From Priestia endophytica DSM 13796 (GTDB lineage: Bacteria > Bacillota > Bacilli > Bacillales > Bacillaceae_H), in the NCBI RefSeq assembly GCF_900115845.1, contig NZ_FOXX01000009.1, positions 128,406 through 152,405 on the forward strand: a stretch of 24,000 nucleotides of DNA, in the 5' to 3' direction. Position 1 is the stretch's first letter. Every line of letters begins with the position of its first letter. The notes below the pieces were generated by a model. That model ran no database searches. It had not been told where the DNA came from and worked only from the letters and a program-made list of their open reading frames with translations. The translations under genes were made by a program, and so were the position numbers. Below, one piece after another: positions 22,475 to 24,000 of this stretch.

Positions 22475-24000
22475 TTAGTGATGTTTTTTCAAAAGAGGAA
22501 CGTCACGCCAATTCATATCAGAAGCAAAATAGAAGCTCGGATATGCAGGTTGATTATAACCCGTATTTTGGTTGGCAATTCCTGTTCTGTACTGCTTATC
22601 GTGCATCAAGGTATATAACTTATGATTTGTCTTTTCTGTGCTCATATATATGCGAAGCGCTGAACTGTCCGCTTTCTTCACAATAAGTTCTTCTCTCCAG
22701 TCTCCAAATACGTCAGCAACTAAGCTTGGGTTCCCTTTTGTACCGTTGTTTGTACTCGTATTTGTAGCTGTTAGTAATCGTCCCCTTTTCCAATCATCAA
22801 TTGTTGGCGACTCCGCAAAGGTTCCATTAATGAGTTGGGTGGTCATATCAGTTCCCCATCTAATGCTCATATTTGTTCCTGGAAACTTCTGGTCTATTTT
22901 TTGGCTATCAGCGCTTAATAGACTTGTAGCCCACATTTCTAATCCTTCATGAGCAGGATCAATATCTCCTACAATCCCGCGACCTGTATCTTTACCTGTA
23001 TATTCTCCAACAATCACTTCTCCTGTTTTCGCATCGCGTAAACTATAGCCATAAGGTGCTTTTGTACCATTTTCATGCACCATAAAAATTTCTAGTCCGC
23101 TTCTTTTCGGATTAATGTCCGCAACATGCAGTGTATCCCCGTGACCAAGCTTTACCCCTTCACCACTCTTTTCACTTTCAGTCGGCATCTTACCGTATGA
23201 GCTATATAGCAACTTACCATTATGATCAATTGTTGCGCCTCCATACACTATTTCTTGTTTTCCATCATTGTCAACATCACTTGTTGTAAGATAATGAGCG
23301 CCTTGGTTTGTAAGAGTACTATATTTTTTATTCTTTCCATCTTTTTCATGTGGATTGCTGTTAAACGGGTTACTCATCGATGTCCATCCACTATCAACAG
23401 CCCAATATTTTTTAAGTTCTTTTCCATCCCAACGATATGAAACAAGATTTGCTCTTGTATAATATCCTCTTGCAAAAATAGCGTATGGTTGATCCCTTTC
23501 AAGGTAAGCAACACCTGAGAGAAACCGATCAACTCTGTTACCTGGTTCAATTCTTGGCGTTGCATAGTCGCCCCACATCAATCCATCATCATAGCGCTGA
23601 GGTTCATAGTTTATCGTTTCGAGCTCTTTACCTGTTGCACCTTCAAATACGGTTAAATATTCGGGTCCTTCTAAAATAAACCCTTGGAAGTCACGCAGTT
23701 TATTTCGTTCACTTCTCTTTGGTGCATATTCATCCATAAAGTAGTCAGCTAAACTTTTTGCATCCTCCCGTGATAAGGGATAGCGATACTTTTTAGCGAT
23801 TCCAAAACATTCTTCAAGTGTTTTTGGCCAATTTCCTTTTTGAACTTCTTCATGATTGTGCCAATTCATAAACATCTTCACAACATGATTATAGTAATCT
23901 TCACTGCTCATTCGGTAATCATCGCTATGACGATAGCCTGCTTTTATATCTCCTTTAGGCATTGTGATAAACTTCTCCCGTTCTACATTTTCACGCTTAT
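22475..24000 (-). CDS. Rhamnogalacturonan lyase, polysaccharide lyase family 11 (YesW/YesX-like); the 5' end lies beyond the right edge
   Basis: Blocks recalled from YesW/YesX are present: GPEYLTVFEGATGKEL, NRVDRFL.GVAYL, DVDNDGKQEI, GHGD.LH, NNGTK, and DWREELIVKKADSSALRIY...HKLYTLMHD..YR.GIA.QN..YNQP. The frame stays open upstream of the Met at 23962 (KRENVEREKFIT) to position 24000, so the N-terminus is missing. Confidence 0.9.
   Translation of the reverse strand, partial: KRENVEREKFITMPKGDIKAGYRHSDDYRMSSEDYYNHVVKMFMNWHNHEEVQKGNWPKTLEECFGIAKKYRYPLSREDAKSLADYFMDEYAPKRSERNKLRDFQGFILEGPEYLTVFEGATGKELETINYEPQRYDDGLMWGDYATPRIEPGNRVDRFLSGVAYLERDQPYAIFARGYYTRANLVSYRWDGKELKKYWAVDSGWTSMSNPFNSNPHEKDGKNKKYSTLTNQGAHYLTTSDVDNDGKQEIVYGGATIDHNGKLLYSSYGKMPTESEKSGEGVKLGHGDTLHVADINPKRSGLEIFMVHENGTKAPYGYSLRDAKTGEVIVGEYTGKDTGRGIVGDIDPAHEGLEMWATSLLSADSQKIDQKFPGTNMSIRWGTDMTTQLINGTFAESPTIDDWKRGRLLTATNTSTNNGTKGNPSLVADVFGDWREELIVKKADSSALRIYMSTEKTNHKLYTLMHDKQYRTGIANQNTGYNQPAYPSFYFASDMNWRDVPLLKKHH

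Overview
The window looks like a low-GC Firmicute (Bacillus-like) chromosomal segment. I support about 26 real CDSs; the other ORFs in the track are antisense shadows or 5' over-extensions. I found no rRNA, tRNA, CRISPR array, IS element or integrase. Left to right: a fragment of an iron-dependent alcohol dehydrogenase; a DUF456 membrane protein; a YcgL-type nucleotidyltransferase; a type-A chloramphenicol acetyltransferase with an intact cat-86-style translation-attenuation leader; a GH1 6-phospho-beta-glucosidase divergent from an RpiR regulator; an orphan SdpR/SdpI immunity pair; a family I.4 secreted lipase; a MarR-pssA-dedA operon; a CPBP/Abi intramembrane protease; a DapA-family lyase; an HD-only small alarmone hydrolase-like protein; a small Lys/Glu-rich protein; a seven-gene minus-strand operon (11990-17133); a Cys-cluster/pentapeptide-repeat fusion protein; a cobalamin riboswitch driving a short NiCoT/UreH-like metal transporter; two unknown proteins; a DeoR regulator; and a truncated PL11 rhamnogalacturonan lyase. 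The most interesting candidate is the seven-gene operon. It has the subtilin-like gene order LanF-E-G-R-K: an ABC ATPase, two ABC-2 permeases, a response regulator and a histidine kinase. No lantibiotic biosynthesis genes are in the window. Where a LanI immunity gene would sit there are two translationally coupled, uncharacterised small proteins, one with four TM helices and one a coiled coil with a C-terminal hydrophobic helix. A perfect 9-bp hairpin sequesters the Shine-Dalgarno of the ATPase gene. Other points worth a second look: a MarR regulon defined by two copies of a perfect TTAAGTTAACTTAA palindrome on divergent consensus promoters; a roughly 300-nt leader of unknown function; and a window-wide enrichment of orphan immunity and resistance genes. 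All family calls rest on motif recognition by eye, because no searches could be run.
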